A stretch of DNA of 64,000 bases from Eledone cirrhosa (lineage: Eukaryota), in the NCBI GenBank assembly GCA_964016885.1, contig OZ024763.1, forward strand, positions 17,298,001-17,362,000, in the 5' to 3' direction. The number at the start of each line of letters is the position of its first letter. Positions within the stretch are counted from its first letter, which is position 1. Of this stretch, positions 27,040-40,103 are shown one piece after another. A model generated the notes under the pieces. It made no database searches. It was not told the origin of the DNA and was given only the letters and a program-made list of their open reading frames with translations. Position numbers and translations under genes: made by a program.

Positions 27040-27260
27040 GCGGTATGCAATATATCAAATCTTATATTTTGTCTGATGAAAACATACTTAAACACCATTC
27101 TACTTTTGAAATATGTATAATAAGATATATATTTTGATTATGAGAATATTTTTCATTTATTAACGTTTTGAATAATATTAAATACTCCAGCAAAATCTCC
27201 TGTCGCTTCTAATCTATTGTAAAATTGTATTTGTTGATTAATCAACGAACCATATTAATC
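27040..27260 (+). mobile_element. Degenerate family-B hammerhead element
   Basis: tattttgt ctgatga ... gaaa tatgtataataagata plus the family 3' segment; helix II decayed. Confidence 0.6.
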
Positions 27261-27327
27261 GTTGGTCATATCTATCTATCTATATATATGTATATATATA
27301 TGTATATATATATATATATATATATAG

Positions 27328-27819
27328 CTGATAAATTCCGACCTCACACACTTACACCTCTCCAAGACAATGTCACTGGACCGAGACCTTTGGCGGTACT
27401 CAGTAATAGAGAAGACCCGCCTAAATACAAAGTAAAACCTACTACAGTCAGTAGGCATCTCTAACAAAATACACCCCCGTCCCCCCCCACCCCCACCCCA
27501 TCCACACCGCCCCTTTCAATGTAAAGTTATGTTGGTGCCACAACATCCAGGCCGAAACAAATGAGATCGTGTAGGTGTCACGACAAAAAAAAACACACAG
27601 TCCACGCTGTAATGTGGCCGTGTAGGCAACACGGTAAAAACCTCCCAGCCCCACACTGTAAATGTGGTTGGTGTTAGGAAGGGCATCCAGCCGTAGAAAA
27701 CCCGCCAGACAGTCCTATGCGAGCAAGACAACCACTCTTGCCTCAAGTGGGAAAACTCCCGTCCAAACCCATGCAAGCGTGGAACATGGACGTTAAACGA
27801 TGATGATGATGATGATGAT
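27328..27819 (+). mobile_element. RTE LINE 3' end with long UTR
   Basis: Reverse complement of 2730-3228. Confidence 0.88.
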
Positions 27820-28337
27820 ATATATATATGTATATATATATAAAATAAGAACTGTATTTCTCACCCTAGCACGGCTCATACATAAATGTAAGTATGCACA
27901 CATGCACACAGACACACATATATATATATATAGGTGTGTGTGTGTGCGCATACTTACACACACACACACACACATATATACACACACACACACATATATA
28001 TATATATAGTAAAGATGCCTATACGCTACCAATGTATTCTTTTTCTTCTTGTTTATGAATTGATATGAAGTTGTCAGAAATCAGTGATCGGTTGATAGGG
28101 CCCACCTCAAGGTGGTCAACAAAGTTGGGTCCCTAGCAACTATTTCATTCATGTCAAATCATTTATTACTCTATTACGTGTTCCAGCCAACATGCTGGGG
28201 CACTGCCATTTTATATATATATATATCTATGTATGTATGTATGTATGTATGTATGTAGAGGTTATATTTAATTTGTTGGGATATAACCAGCTAAATTTTT
28301 TATATATATATTTTTATAACTGGTATAAAGCACTCTA

Positions 28338-28383
<46 letters not shown>

Positions 28384-28467
28384 GTATATAAAAATATATA
28401 TATAATGTATATATATGTATATATATATAGAAATTACATGAATCAAAGTTCTGTTTAAATCATTTAT

Positions 28468-28516
28468 TTGCTTACAATTGTTTCTTCCAAACCGAGGTTT
28501 GGAGTCTTCGGAGCAA
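28468..28516 (-). ncRNA. Hammerhead ribozyme motif with a U4C core variant
   Basis: uugcu CCGAAGA c uccaaac-cucg-guuugga a GAAA caauug U A agcaa: 5-bp helix I, 7-bp helix II, palindromic ACAAUUGU helix III. Confidence 0.65.
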
Positions 28517-28689
28517 TTATTCAGTGATTTTTTTACATACTTGACCTCCTTTTCAACACAAGAGACATATAGAAACATATGTATATATTGATGCACAGTG
28601 GGTTGACATCCATTATAATAATATAGCATGGTAATTTACATACAAAGATTACAGTCATATTAAAGGACAAAATTAAAGTTAAAATAAAA

Positions 28690-28765
<76 letters not shown>

Positions 28766-28835
28766 ATTGCATAGGAGAACCGTTGAAATAATTATTATGA
28801 ATAAACAATTTATGTAACATCAGTATCTTTATTAA

Positions 28836-29160
28836 TCTATATATATAAAATAGACTCTGTGTGTGTCTGTTTCCACATAACTTCTAAAACTTGCAACCAA
28901 TTTTCTTCAAATTTGTCACAAACAGGCGTTATGTTCCTCACTTTCGTATGAACTCATTATATTTTCAAATTTGTGTCTACTGCGCCCTCTATAAGAGAAA
29001 AAACGATTTATTTTCACCAACGAAGTAGGGCACAAACTACAACCTATGTTTCCGCTCTATGTGCGCAACTCAATCATATTTTATTTTTTATTTATACGTG
29101 TTACTACACTTTTGAAGTTTAATTTGTCCAATCCCATGCAACGCTGGGCTCCACTGCTAG
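28836..29160 (+). mobile_element. Non-autonomous Helitron
   Basis: A|TCTATATATATAAA start; cccatgcaacgctggg hairpin; CTGCTAG|T end. Confidence 0.8.
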
Positions 29161-29215
29161 TATATATATACATAAGACTATTTTGAGTTTCTAATTCAAT
29201 ATATTATATATATAT

Positions 29216-29664
29216 GTGTGAGGAGCGCGATGCTGCATGGTAGTGAGACATGGGCAGCAACTGCAGAGGATATGCGACGGCTGGAGAGAAATGAGGCAAG
29301 CATGCTCCGTTGGATGTGCAGTGTAAATGTGCGTGAACGACCCAGCATAAATGTGTTGAAAGAGAAACTGTGTCTGAGAGGGATAGAATGTAGTGTACGG
29401 GAGAGGAGACTGAGGTGGTATGGACATGTAATGCGCATGGAGGATGACCGATGGGTGAAGAAGTGCCAGGAAATGCCAGTTGAAGGAAGACGTGGTAGAG
29501 ATAGACCACGAAAAACATGGGTGGAGGTGGTGAGAACAGACCTCAGATCATTGAAGCTCGCGGTGGAGATGACGAAGGACCGTGACGAGTGGAGAGATGC
29601 TGTGCTGAATAGGACCCGTCCCACCCTTGCAAGCAGGGAAAAGCGGACGTAAAATGATGATGAT
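29216..29664 (+). mobile_element. RTE LINE 3' fragment with open frame
   Basis: VRSAMLHGSETWA...RRLERNEASMLRWMC...RRLRWYGHVMRM...RPRKTW; (GAT)n tail. Confidence 0.93.
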
Positions 29665-29680
29665 ATATATATATATATAT

Positions 29681-29962
29681 CTCAGACCGGGTGATGTGTT
29701 GTTTCCTTGAGCAAGACACTTTATTTCACATTGCTCCAGTTTACTCAGCTGTAGAAATGAGATGATAGGGACTGGGGTCCATATCATTCCACTGCAAAAT
29801 GGTCGTGGAGGTGCCACGGCAAAAACGCACCCAGCACTCACTGTAAATGAGGTTGGTGTTAGGAAGGGCATCCAGCTGTAGAAATCAAGCCAAATCAGTT
29901 CCCGTCTCACCCTTGCAAGCAGGGAAAAGTGGACGTTAAATGAAATGAATGAAATGATGATA
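29681..29962 (+). mobile_element. 5'-truncated composite SINE
   Basis: Matches 26447-26721. Confidence 0.85.
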
Positions 29963-30366
29963 TATATATATATATAAGGGTTTCCTAGCCTACAGTTAAG
30001 CTTCTACTGTTTAGATAAATGATGTCGAGTCATCTGATTAAGATTTTATTCTAGTCCTGTTGCTTGAAACATTTTGTCTTTTGTAAATATCTGATGAGGA
30101 AGAACCTGCCTTGCCTAAACAGAAACTTGTTTTAATAATCTGGAAAATTAACAAGAGAGCAGTTTTGAAGTAATTAAGTTTAATTACTGAAAAATTCAGT
30201 GTGAATTTGGAAACCTTTAAATAGACAATTAAATATTCGCTCGTCTCTCTCGTTAGTGAATAGCATGGAAAACTTCTAAATACATTTTTATAGCCATTTT
30301 GTAAGTTTCTTTCAGTCGGTGATTGTTTCATATTAATAATAATAATAGTAATAGTAGTAGTAGCTG

Positions 30367-31203
30367 TGGTAATAGTAGTAGTGGTGGTGTTAGTAGTGGT
30401 AATAGTAGTAGTGCTGGTGTTAGTAGTGGTAATAGTAGTAGTGGTGGTGTTAGTAGTGGTAATAGTAGTAGTGGTGGTGTTAGTAGTGGTAATAGTAGTA
30501 GTGGTGGTGTTAGTAGTGGTAATAGTAGTGGTGGTGGTGTTAGTAGTGGTAATAGTAGTAGTGGTGGTGTTAGTAGTGGTAATAGTAGTAGTGGTGGTGT
30601 TAGTAGTGGTAATAGTAGTAGTGGTGGTGTTAGTAGTGGTGGTGTTAGTAGTGGTGGTGGTGTTAGTAGTGGTAATAGTAGTAGTGGTGGTGTTAGTAGT
30701 GGTAATAGTAGTAGTGGTGGTGTTAGTAGTGGTAATAGTAGTAGTGGTGGTGTTAGTAGTGGTAATAGTAGTAGTGGTGGTGTTAGTAGTGGTAATAGTA
30801 GTAGTGGTGGTGTTAGTAGTGGTGGTGGTGTTAGTAGTGGTAATAGTAGTAGTGGTGGTGTTAGTAGTGGTAATAGTAGTAGTGGTGGTGTTAGTAGTGG
30901 TAATAGTAGTAGTGGTGGTGTTAGTAGTGGTAATAGTAGTGGTGGTGGTGTTAGTAGTGGTAATAGTAGTGGTGGTGGTGTTAGTAGTGGTAATAGTAGT
31001 AGTGGTGGTGTTAGTAGTGGTAATAGTAGTAGTGGTGGTGTTAGTAGTGGTAATAGTAGTAGTGGTGGTGTTAGTAGTGGCAATAGTAGTAGTGGTGGTG
31101 TTAGTAGTGGTAATAGTAGTAGTGGTGGTGTTAGTAGTGGCAATAGTAGTAGTGGTGGTGTTAGTAGTGGTAATAGTAGTAGTGGTGGTGTTAGTATTGG
31201 TAA
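30367..31203. repeat. 30-bp minisatellite (ggtaatagtagtagtggtggtgttagtagt), about 27 copies
   Basis: Direct periodicity; built from AGT/GGT triplets. Confidence 0.95.
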
Positions 31204-31383
31204 TTGAAATAATAATGAAAAGTGATGATGATGATTTTTTTTAGAAATAAGTATAATTATGATGATAGTAACAACAACAACAACAACAACAATGATAATA
31301 ATGGCAGTAGTAAGTACAATTCTATAAATGATGATGATGATGATGATGATAATGATGATAATTAAAATAATAATGATAATAAT

Positions 31384-31556
31384 GTTTCTACCTTTGGCAC
31401 AAGGCCAGCAATTACCCCAGTGTATTACTGGTACTTTATTTTATCGACCCTGTAAGGATGAAAGGCAAAAGCTAACCTTGGCAGGATTTGAACCCAGAAT
31501 GTAAAGGGCCATAACTCTATGCTGCAAGGCTTGGTGTCTGATGCTCTATCGATAAT
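31384..31556 (-). mobile_element. tRNA-derived SINE (3680 family)
   Basis: Reverse complement of the tail, core and B-box. Confidence 0.8.
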
Positions 31557-31704
31557 GCTTTCTTTATTAACCACAAGGGTTAACATAAAGTATAACATTA
31601 AGGACAGTACGATTACAAATGGGAATTTCTGTGTGTAAAGAAGAAAAAAAATAATAATAAAGGAAGTAACAAATAAAAATGAAACAAAAGAAAATTCCGC
31701 AATA

Positions 31705-32189
31705 GTGGGGAGACGTCTGAGGTCACTCATGGAGGAAGCCCATTAAAAAAAAGCCTCGGTGACCCTGACCGCCAGGGCAAGTGCCCTCTCTCAGTTTTTC
31801 ACCTCCAATCACACGACCGTGACTTCTGGCGTCACGCAGTAATACAGAGTACCCGACCTCCCATGAGTACAAGCTGAAGCATATAGACAATATGCCCCCA
31901 CACCCTCCCAATGCAAGGTGGTCGTGGAGGTGCCACGGCAAAAAAAGCACCCAGCCCACACTGTAAGGTGGACGTGTAGGCGCCACGAAAAAGCACCCAG
32001 CACTCACTGTAAATGAGGTTGGTGTTAGGAAGGGCATCCAGCTGTAGAAATCAAGCCAGATCAGTTCCTGTATGAGCAAGGCATGGTCAGCCGACCAGAC
32101 ACTGCCCACAACAGGACAACCCGTCTAACCCATGCTAGCGTGGAAGAACGGGCGTAAAACGGTGATGATGATGATGATGATGATGATGA
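31705..32189 (+). mobile_element. Degenerate RTE 3' end with long UTR (variant 3)
   Basis: HDRDFWRHAVIQSTRP remnant, aggaagggcatccagc block and (GAT)n tail. Confidence 0.75.
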
Positions 32190-33214
32190 ATCTACAGGTG
32201 CATACTCAGAGTGGGCCCCTTCACTCGGGCCATGCTCGCCTCTCTCACCCATCTTTCAACAAAATGCTGGGAAGGAAGTACTTCTCTCTCTCTCTCCACC
32301 CTGAAAGGCAAAATTGTCCTTGGCGGGATTTGAACTCGGAACGTAAAGGGCCGTAACTCTACGCTGCAAAGCATGGCGTTCGACCCTCTACCGATACTGC
32401 CAATCCGCCGCCCTATAATAATGAAAATGGTTTTAACAACAACAACAACAACACTAACAATATCAATATAATATAGTTATATTAAGTTAAATGTTTGTCA
32501 TATTTTATTTTCAAAATTCTTCTTCTTCTTTGCCTTCTACTTCTTCTTCTTCCATTTCTTCGCCTTTGCCTTCTTCTACTTCTTCTACTTCTCCTCCCCC
32601 TCCCCCCAGCCTCCCCCTCCCCCACCAAATTAGTTATTTTACTAAATATATTGAAGCCATCATTAATTATTTGACTTATTTAATAAAGTAGACAAATATT
32701 TTACTGTTTGTGTTTGACTAATGGAGCTGTGTGTGTGTGTTGAGTGTGTTGTGTGTGTGTGTGTTGAGTGTGTTGAGTGTGTTGTGTGTGTGTGTGTTGT
32801 GTGTGTGTGTGTTGTGTGTGTGTTGAGTGTGTTGTTTGTGTTGAGTGTGTGTTGAGTGTGTGTTGTGTGTGTCTGTGTGTTGTGTGTCTGTGTGTGTGTG
32901 CCTGTGTTTTGTGTGTGTGTCTGTGTGTTGTGTACGTCTGTGTGTCTATGTATGTGTGAATGTGTATTATGTATGTGTATAATGTGTGTGTGTATCTGTA
33001 TTATGTATAATGTATGTGTGTGTATATGTATTATGTATGTGTGTAATGTATGTGTGTGTGTGTATGTATTATGTATGTGTGTAATGTATGTGTGTGTGTG
33101 TATGTATTATGTATGTGTGTATATGTATTATGTATGTCTGCCTTGTGTATGTGTGTATTATATATATTTGTATGTATGTATGTATGCAAAAATAAACAGA
33201 ACTAACAAAGCAAA

Positions 33215-33330
33215 CAACACAGTACATTGAACAAATATGTTAGTTTAACGCTTGAAATAGTAGGAAGAGAGTCTTAATGTTTCAGACACTAGTCCTTCGT
33301 CAGAAGCTAGAATGAGAAATAAAAGATGAA
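33215..33330 (-). mobile_element. Family-A hammerhead element (motif 33272-33307)
   Basis: Minus strand cuu CUGACGA a ggac-uagu-gucu GAAA ca U U aagac. Confidence 0.6.
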
Positions 33331-33529
33331 ATAGAAAGATAGTGGGAAGAGGAAGGAAAGGATATAAAAGCAAATGTTTGAGAAAACCACGTGTTTATTC
33401 CATCGGCCATTTTGGAGAAAAATATTGTATTGTGTATGTCTGTTTGTCTGTGTGTATGTGTGTGTATTAAGTTTGACTGTGTATGTGTTATGTATGTATG
33501 TATGGTGATCCTTATGTATGAAACCCTGA

Positions 33530-34540
33530 ACCAAAGTGTCACTCAATAGAGTAAAACTCTGAATTAAAGTGCAGCTCAGTGGAGTTAAGTGCTGGTTCAA
33601 AGTGCAACTCAGTGGAGTGAAACGTTGGTTCCAAGTGTAGCTCAGATGAGTAAAATGTTTGGTTAAAGTGCATCTCAGTGGTTAAGATACAGGTTCAAAG
33701 TGCAGCTCAGTGAAGTAAAACGTTGGTTCAAAGTGAAGCTCTGTGGAGTAAAACACTGGTTCTAAGTTCAGCTCACTGGAGTGAAACTATGGTTGAAAGT
33801 GCAGTTCACTGGAGTGAAACGCTGGTTGAAAATGCAGCTCACTGGAGTGAAACGCTGGTTGAAAGTTCAGCTCCAAGGAGTAAAATTCTGGTTCAAAGTG
33901 TAGCTCAGTGAAGTAAAACCCTGTTTTCAAAGTGTAGTTCAGTGAAGTAAAACTCTGGTTTCAAAGTTCAGCTCAGTGGAGTAAAATATTAGTTCAAAGT
34001 GCAGCTCAGTGGAGTAAAACGCTGGTTCAAAGTGCGCTCAGTGGAGTGATACCATAAATCAAAATGTCACTCAGTGGAGTGATACCATAAATCAAATTGT
34101 CACGCAGTGGAGTAAAACGATGAATCGAAATATCATTCAGTGGAGTTAAACTCTGAATCAATGTGCCATTGGAGTGAAACCCTACACTCTATGCTATGTG
34201 GTTCTAAAGCCAAGTTTTCAAAGTGTAGTTCAGTGAAGTAAAACTCTGGTTTCAAAGTGCAGCTCAGTGGAGTAAAATATTAGTTCAAAGTGCAGCTCAG
34301 TGGAGTAAAATATTAGTTCAAAGTGCAGCTCAGTGGAGTAAAATATTAGTTCAAAGTGCAGCTCAGTGGAGTAAAACGCTGGTTCAAAGTGCGCTCAGTG
34401 GAGTGATACCATAAATCAAAATGTCACGCAGTGGAGTAAAACGATGAATCGAAATATCATTCAGTGGAGTTAAACTCTGAATCAATGTGCCATTGGAGTG
34501 AAACCCTACACTCTATGCTATGTGGTTCTAAAGCCAAGTT
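33530..34540. repeat. ~31-bp diverged satellite (ttcaaagtgcagctcagtggagtaaaacgctgg) with a ~300-bp higher-order duplication
   Basis: Recurrent cagtggagtaaaa every ~31 nt; block ~33925-34215 is repeated at ~34215-34540. Confidence 0.85.
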
Positions 34541-34742
34541 TTTAAGCCAGCCCCCCCCCAGCCATGGCTTGCTGATATTATAGAAAATCTTTTATAATGA
34601 TATTCAATACAGTAAAGTGGTTATTTAATAAACAGAGTAACTAAGTCAAAAAAAGCCCAACTAAAACACTTTAACAAATACATTAGATTGTTTAGCTTTT
34701 GGTCCTTTATAGTCAGACTTTGGAACTAACTGATTGCTGTAG

Positions 34743-36010
34743 TTTATAAAATACCTATATATATATATGTGAGAGTATGTATGTATATGTGTGTGTGTCT
34801 ATGTATATGTGTGTTTTATAAAATACCTATATATATGTGTGTGTATGTATGTGTGTGTGTGTGTATCTATGTATATGTGTGTGTGTTTGTGTGTCTATGT
34901 ATATGTGTGTTTTATAAAATACCTATATATATGTATGTGTGTATGTATGTATGTGTATTTATGTATATGTGTGTGTGTTTGTGTGTCTATGTATGTGTGT
35001 TTTATAAAATACCTATATATATGTATGTATGTATGTGTGTGTGTGTATCTATGTATATGTGTGTGTGTTTGTGTGTCTATGTATATGTGTGTTTTATAAA
35101 ATACCTATATATATGTATGTGTGTATGTATGTATGTGTATCTATGTATATGTATATGTGTGTGTGTTTGTGTGTCTATGTATGTGTGTTTTATAAAATAC
35201 CTATATATATGTATGTATGTATGTGTGTGTGTGTATATGTATATGTGTGTGTGTTTGTGTGTCTATGTATATGTGTGTTTTATAAAATACCTATATATAT
35301 GTATGTGTGTATGTATGTATGTGTATCTATGTGTGTGTGTTTGTGTGTCTATGTATATGTGTGTTTTATAAAATACCTATATATATGTATGTGTGTATGT
35401 ATGTGTATCTATGTATATGTGTGTGTGTTTGTGTGTCTATGTATATGTGTGTTTTATAAAATACCTATATATATGTATGTGTGTGTGTGTATCTATGTAT
35501 ATGTGTGTGTGTTTGTGTGTCTATGTATATGTTTTATAAAATACCTATATATATGTATGTGTGTATGTATGTATGTATATCTATGTATATGTGTGTGTGT
35601 TTGTGTGTCTATGTATGTGTTTTATAAAATACCTATATATATATGTATGTGCATGTATGTGTGTGTTTGTGTGTCTATATATATATATGTGTTTTATAAA
35701 ATACATATATATATGTATGTGTGTATGTATGTATGTATGTGTGTGAGTATCTATGTATATATATATATATGTGTGTGTTTGTGTGTCTATATATATGTGT
35801 TTTATAAAATACATATATATATGTATGTGTGTATGTGTGTGTGTGTGTGTGTATCTATGCATATGTGTGTGTGTTTGTGTGTCTATATATATGTTTTATA
35901 AAATACATATATATATGTATGTGTGTGTGTGAGTATCTATGTATATATGTGTGTGTGTTTGTGTGCCTATGTATATATGTGTTTTATAAAATACCTACAT
36001 ATATATATGT
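34743..36010. repeat. Compound minisatellite anchored by ttttataaaatacctatatatat
   Basis: The anchor recurs every ~70-110 nt within (TG)/(TA) runs. Confidence 0.85.
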
Positions 36011-36184
36011 GTGTGTGTGAGTATCTATGTATGTATGTGTGTGTGTTTGTGTGTCTATGTATATGTGTACGTGTGTCTATGTATATGTTTGTGTATGTAC
36101 ATACGTATATATATATATATATGTTTACGTATGTGTATGTATATATATATATATATATAAATATATAAATGAAAATAGAGGAAT

Positions 36185-36265
<81 letters not shown>

Positions 36266-37233
36266 GTATATATATATGTATATATATATGTATATATTCC
36301 TATAACTATTGTACTTGTGGTTAGACAAAGCAAATTTACTTGCTTTTATATTTTATACAAGCTGCCATTTTTTCTTTCTCTCTTTCTCCCATTCCTCTCT
36401 CTTTCCTCTCTCTTTCTCCCCTCCCTCTCTCTTTCATACTCACTGCCCCCTCTATTTCACTCTTTCTCCCCCTCCCTCTTTCTTTGACACACTCTTTCTC
36501 TTATCCTCCCTTCCTCAGTCCAGTCACACACTCTCTGTCTGTCCGTCTCTACAATAAAACACCCAGTACACTCTGTAAAGTGGTCAGTTTTAGGAAGGGC
36601 ACCCCCGCTGTAGAAACCATTCCAAATATGGAATCTATGAGCAACATGTGGTCACCTGACCCATTGTGGTCACCTGACCCATTGTGGTCTCCTGACCCAT
36701 TGTGGTCACCTGACCCATCTATCGTCAGAACGCGACAACTCATCCAATCCATACCTGTGTGAAAAGTGAACATGAAAAGGATGATGATGGTGATGGGGGA
36801 TGTGGATGGTGATGGTGATGGTGGTGGTGGTGATAGTAGTAGTTATGATGGTGGTGGTGGTGGGGATGATTGGGGTGGGGATGATGGTGATAGTAGTAGT
36901 TATGATGATGATGGTGGTGGTGGTGGTGGTGGTTGTGATGATGGTGGTGGGGATGATGGTGGGGATGGTGGTGGGAGGGGGTGGTAGTAGTTATGGTGAT
37001 GGTGGTGGTGGTTGGGATGGTGGTGGTGGTGGTTGTGATGATGTGATAGTACTATGATGCAACGGTAGTAATGTTGATGATGATGATGATGATGATGGTG
37101 GTAGTGCTATAATGACAATGGTGGTGGTGATGATGTTGACAAAGAGAATGATGTTGGTGATGGTGGTGATATGGCATACATATCCAGTTGTTGTTGTTGT
37201 TGTTGCTGCTGTTGCTGTTCCTGTTGTTGTTGT

Positions 37234-37268
<35 letters not shown>

Positions 37269-37470
37269 TTGTTGTTGCTGTCACTATGTACCAACTGCCC
37301 CCCCCCCCCCCCGCCACTGCTGTGGTAGCTGTGACTCCAGTGTGTTGCCAGTGTTGTCTTGTCTAATGTTTCTATTTTGCTGTTTACACTACAACAACAA
37401 CAACAACAACACCAACAATATTTTAATGGGGTAGCAATACTTCCTGCTAATGCAGTCATGGCCTTTTACT

Positions 37471-37507
<37 letters not shown>

Positions 37508-37637
37508 TAAATATGCTGACACACACACACACAGACACACACATATACACACACATAAATATGCTGACACACACACACACGCACACATATACACACACAC
37601 AAATAGGCTGACACACACACACACACACATGCAGACA

Positions 37638-37671
<34 letters not shown>

Positions 37672-37695
37672 TATGCTGACACACACACACATGCT

Positions 37696-37739
<44 letters not shown>

Positions 37740-37791
37740 TGCACATAAATATGCTGACACACACACACAGACACACTCACACAAATATGCT

Positions 37792-37833
<42 letters not shown>

Positions 37834-38997
37834 TATGCAGACACACACAAATATGCAGAGACACACATGCTGACACACACACATACACATACACACAAAT
37901 AAGCTGACATACACACACGCAGACACATATACACACACACAAATATGCTGACACACACACACACACACATGCTGACACACACTATTACATACACAGAAAT
38001 ATGCTGACACACACACACATATACATACACATAAATATGCTGACACACGCATATGCATATACACACTATTACACACACATACGCTGGCACACACATATAT
38101 GCACACACATACATATGCATATGCACACACATATGTACACAGTATATATATCTATATATCATCATCATCGTTTAATGACTGTTTTCCCTGCTATTAATGG
38201 TTGTGTGTGTGTATGCATATATGTATAAGTATATATATATATGTATATACATATACATATATGTATACATATACATATATATACATATATATATTTATGT
38301 ATTCATATGTATATATTATCTATGTGTATATTTATGTATATATATGTTTGTTTATATATAATCTGCATATGTATTCATGTATATATATATATAAATATAC
38401 ACACATATATATACATATATATATATTTAATACATTAACAGAGAAAGCTTTAAGCTATACTCTGACTGGCTTCCATCTCACTCAACAAACATTAGGATAT
38501 ACCTTAGTATAATCCCAATTTTACATTTGGGGTGCTAACTATATGTATTTTGCGGAGAGCCAGTTGTATTATTTTATATGAGACATAATTAAAATACATC
38601 TCCCTTTCAAAACAATTGTTTCATTATAAGTTTTCTAAGTTGGGAAAATATGTCCAGGTTATGTAGAAGCCTACACATAGTCCGTAGGAATATATGTAGG
38701 TGGGCACTTATAAATCATCAGTGGATGCCCGTAAAACATCGATATAAAAAATTTTTTTTTTACCGATATCCAATGTTCAGCGATGGTCCCCTTCCGTGTC
38801 AGAATGACCGCCAAATTTGAAATACCAGCAGTCTCAGAATGAGAAATTTCACACTGTCATCAAGCGGAAAGGGGAGGTCATCGCAAAACAAGAAAATAAA
38901 ATAATATGCATGTGGGTCAATTAATTCTTTCAATAATTTTAACCTTGTGTGTGAAGAACTCAATTAGATTTAAAAAAATAATAAATATATGCATGTA

Positions 38998-39058
<61 letters not shown>

Positions 39059-39093
39059 AATATACATATATATATATATACATATATATATAA

Positions 39094-39136
<43 letters not shown>

Positions 39137-39148
39137 TATATACATATA

Positions 39149-39192
<44 letters not shown>

Positions 39193-39199
39193 TATATAC

Positions 39200-39288
<89 letters not shown>

Positions 39289-39315
39289 CATATATATATA
39301 TACATATATATATAC

Positions 39316-39366
<51 letters not shown>

Positions 39367-39517
39367 TATCAGATCAGTTCCTGTATGAGCAAGGCATGGT
39401 CAGCCGACCAGACACTGCCCACAACAGGACAACCCGTCTAACCCATGCTAGCGTGGAAGAACGGACGTAAAACGGTGATGATGATGATGATGATGATACA
39501 TATATATATATATACAT

Positions 39518-40103
39518 ATTGTTATACTTTGGGAGGGTCATGTTGCCAATAAGAAACACACGCACTAAATTTATAAATTTAGGAATTTATAAATTTCCGG
39601 TTGGTTGGTTGGTTCCACAACCAGATGGTTGTTTATAAATTGTCAAAGTTCTTTCGTCACACATTCTGTGACCTCTTCAGTGACTGGGGATTCTTTTCTT
39701 TGTTTTTTGTGCCTCTCCTTTGTACTGTCCTACGCCATCTTGTTTTTGTGTGTGTTTTATGTGCTTAGTTTGCGCATGTGTTACATCCGGGTGTCTGTGT
39801 GTGTTTATATTCGTTTATTTATTTGTTTATTTACATGTTACTGGTTGGTTGTTTGTTCTATGTGCGTGTGTGTTTTCATTTTGTCCTTAATTGTAAGTTG
39901 TGATGTTGCTGTTCCACTCATATTTTCTATTTAATTTTGGTTGTAATTCTTTTATGTTTATTGCCTCTGTGATTTGTCTAAACATTGCGTCTTTTCTGTG
40001 TGTAGATTCTATTTTTATTTCTATGTTCTCTAATTTACCCTTATGTTCTATTTTAGCATGTTGGTAGAGTACAGATGATTCTTTACTATAGTAAAGAATC
40101 ATC
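39518..40103 (-). mobile_element. Penelope-like retroelement 3' end: GIY-YIG endonuclease C-terminus, UTR and hammerhead (39642-39684)
   Basis: KESSVLYQHAKIEHKG...IKIESTHRKDAMFRQITEAINIKELQPKLNRKYEW fits the H-x4-H ... R-x3-EA-x2-I ... P-x-LN pattern of PLE GIY-YIG domains; a hammerhead motif lies in the UTR. Confidence 0.8.

Noticed and set aside
30323-31244. 294-aa Gly/Ser-rich structural protein
   Set aside because: It is a pure 30-bp minisatellite, open in three frames, with a TTG start and no signal peptide or splice context.
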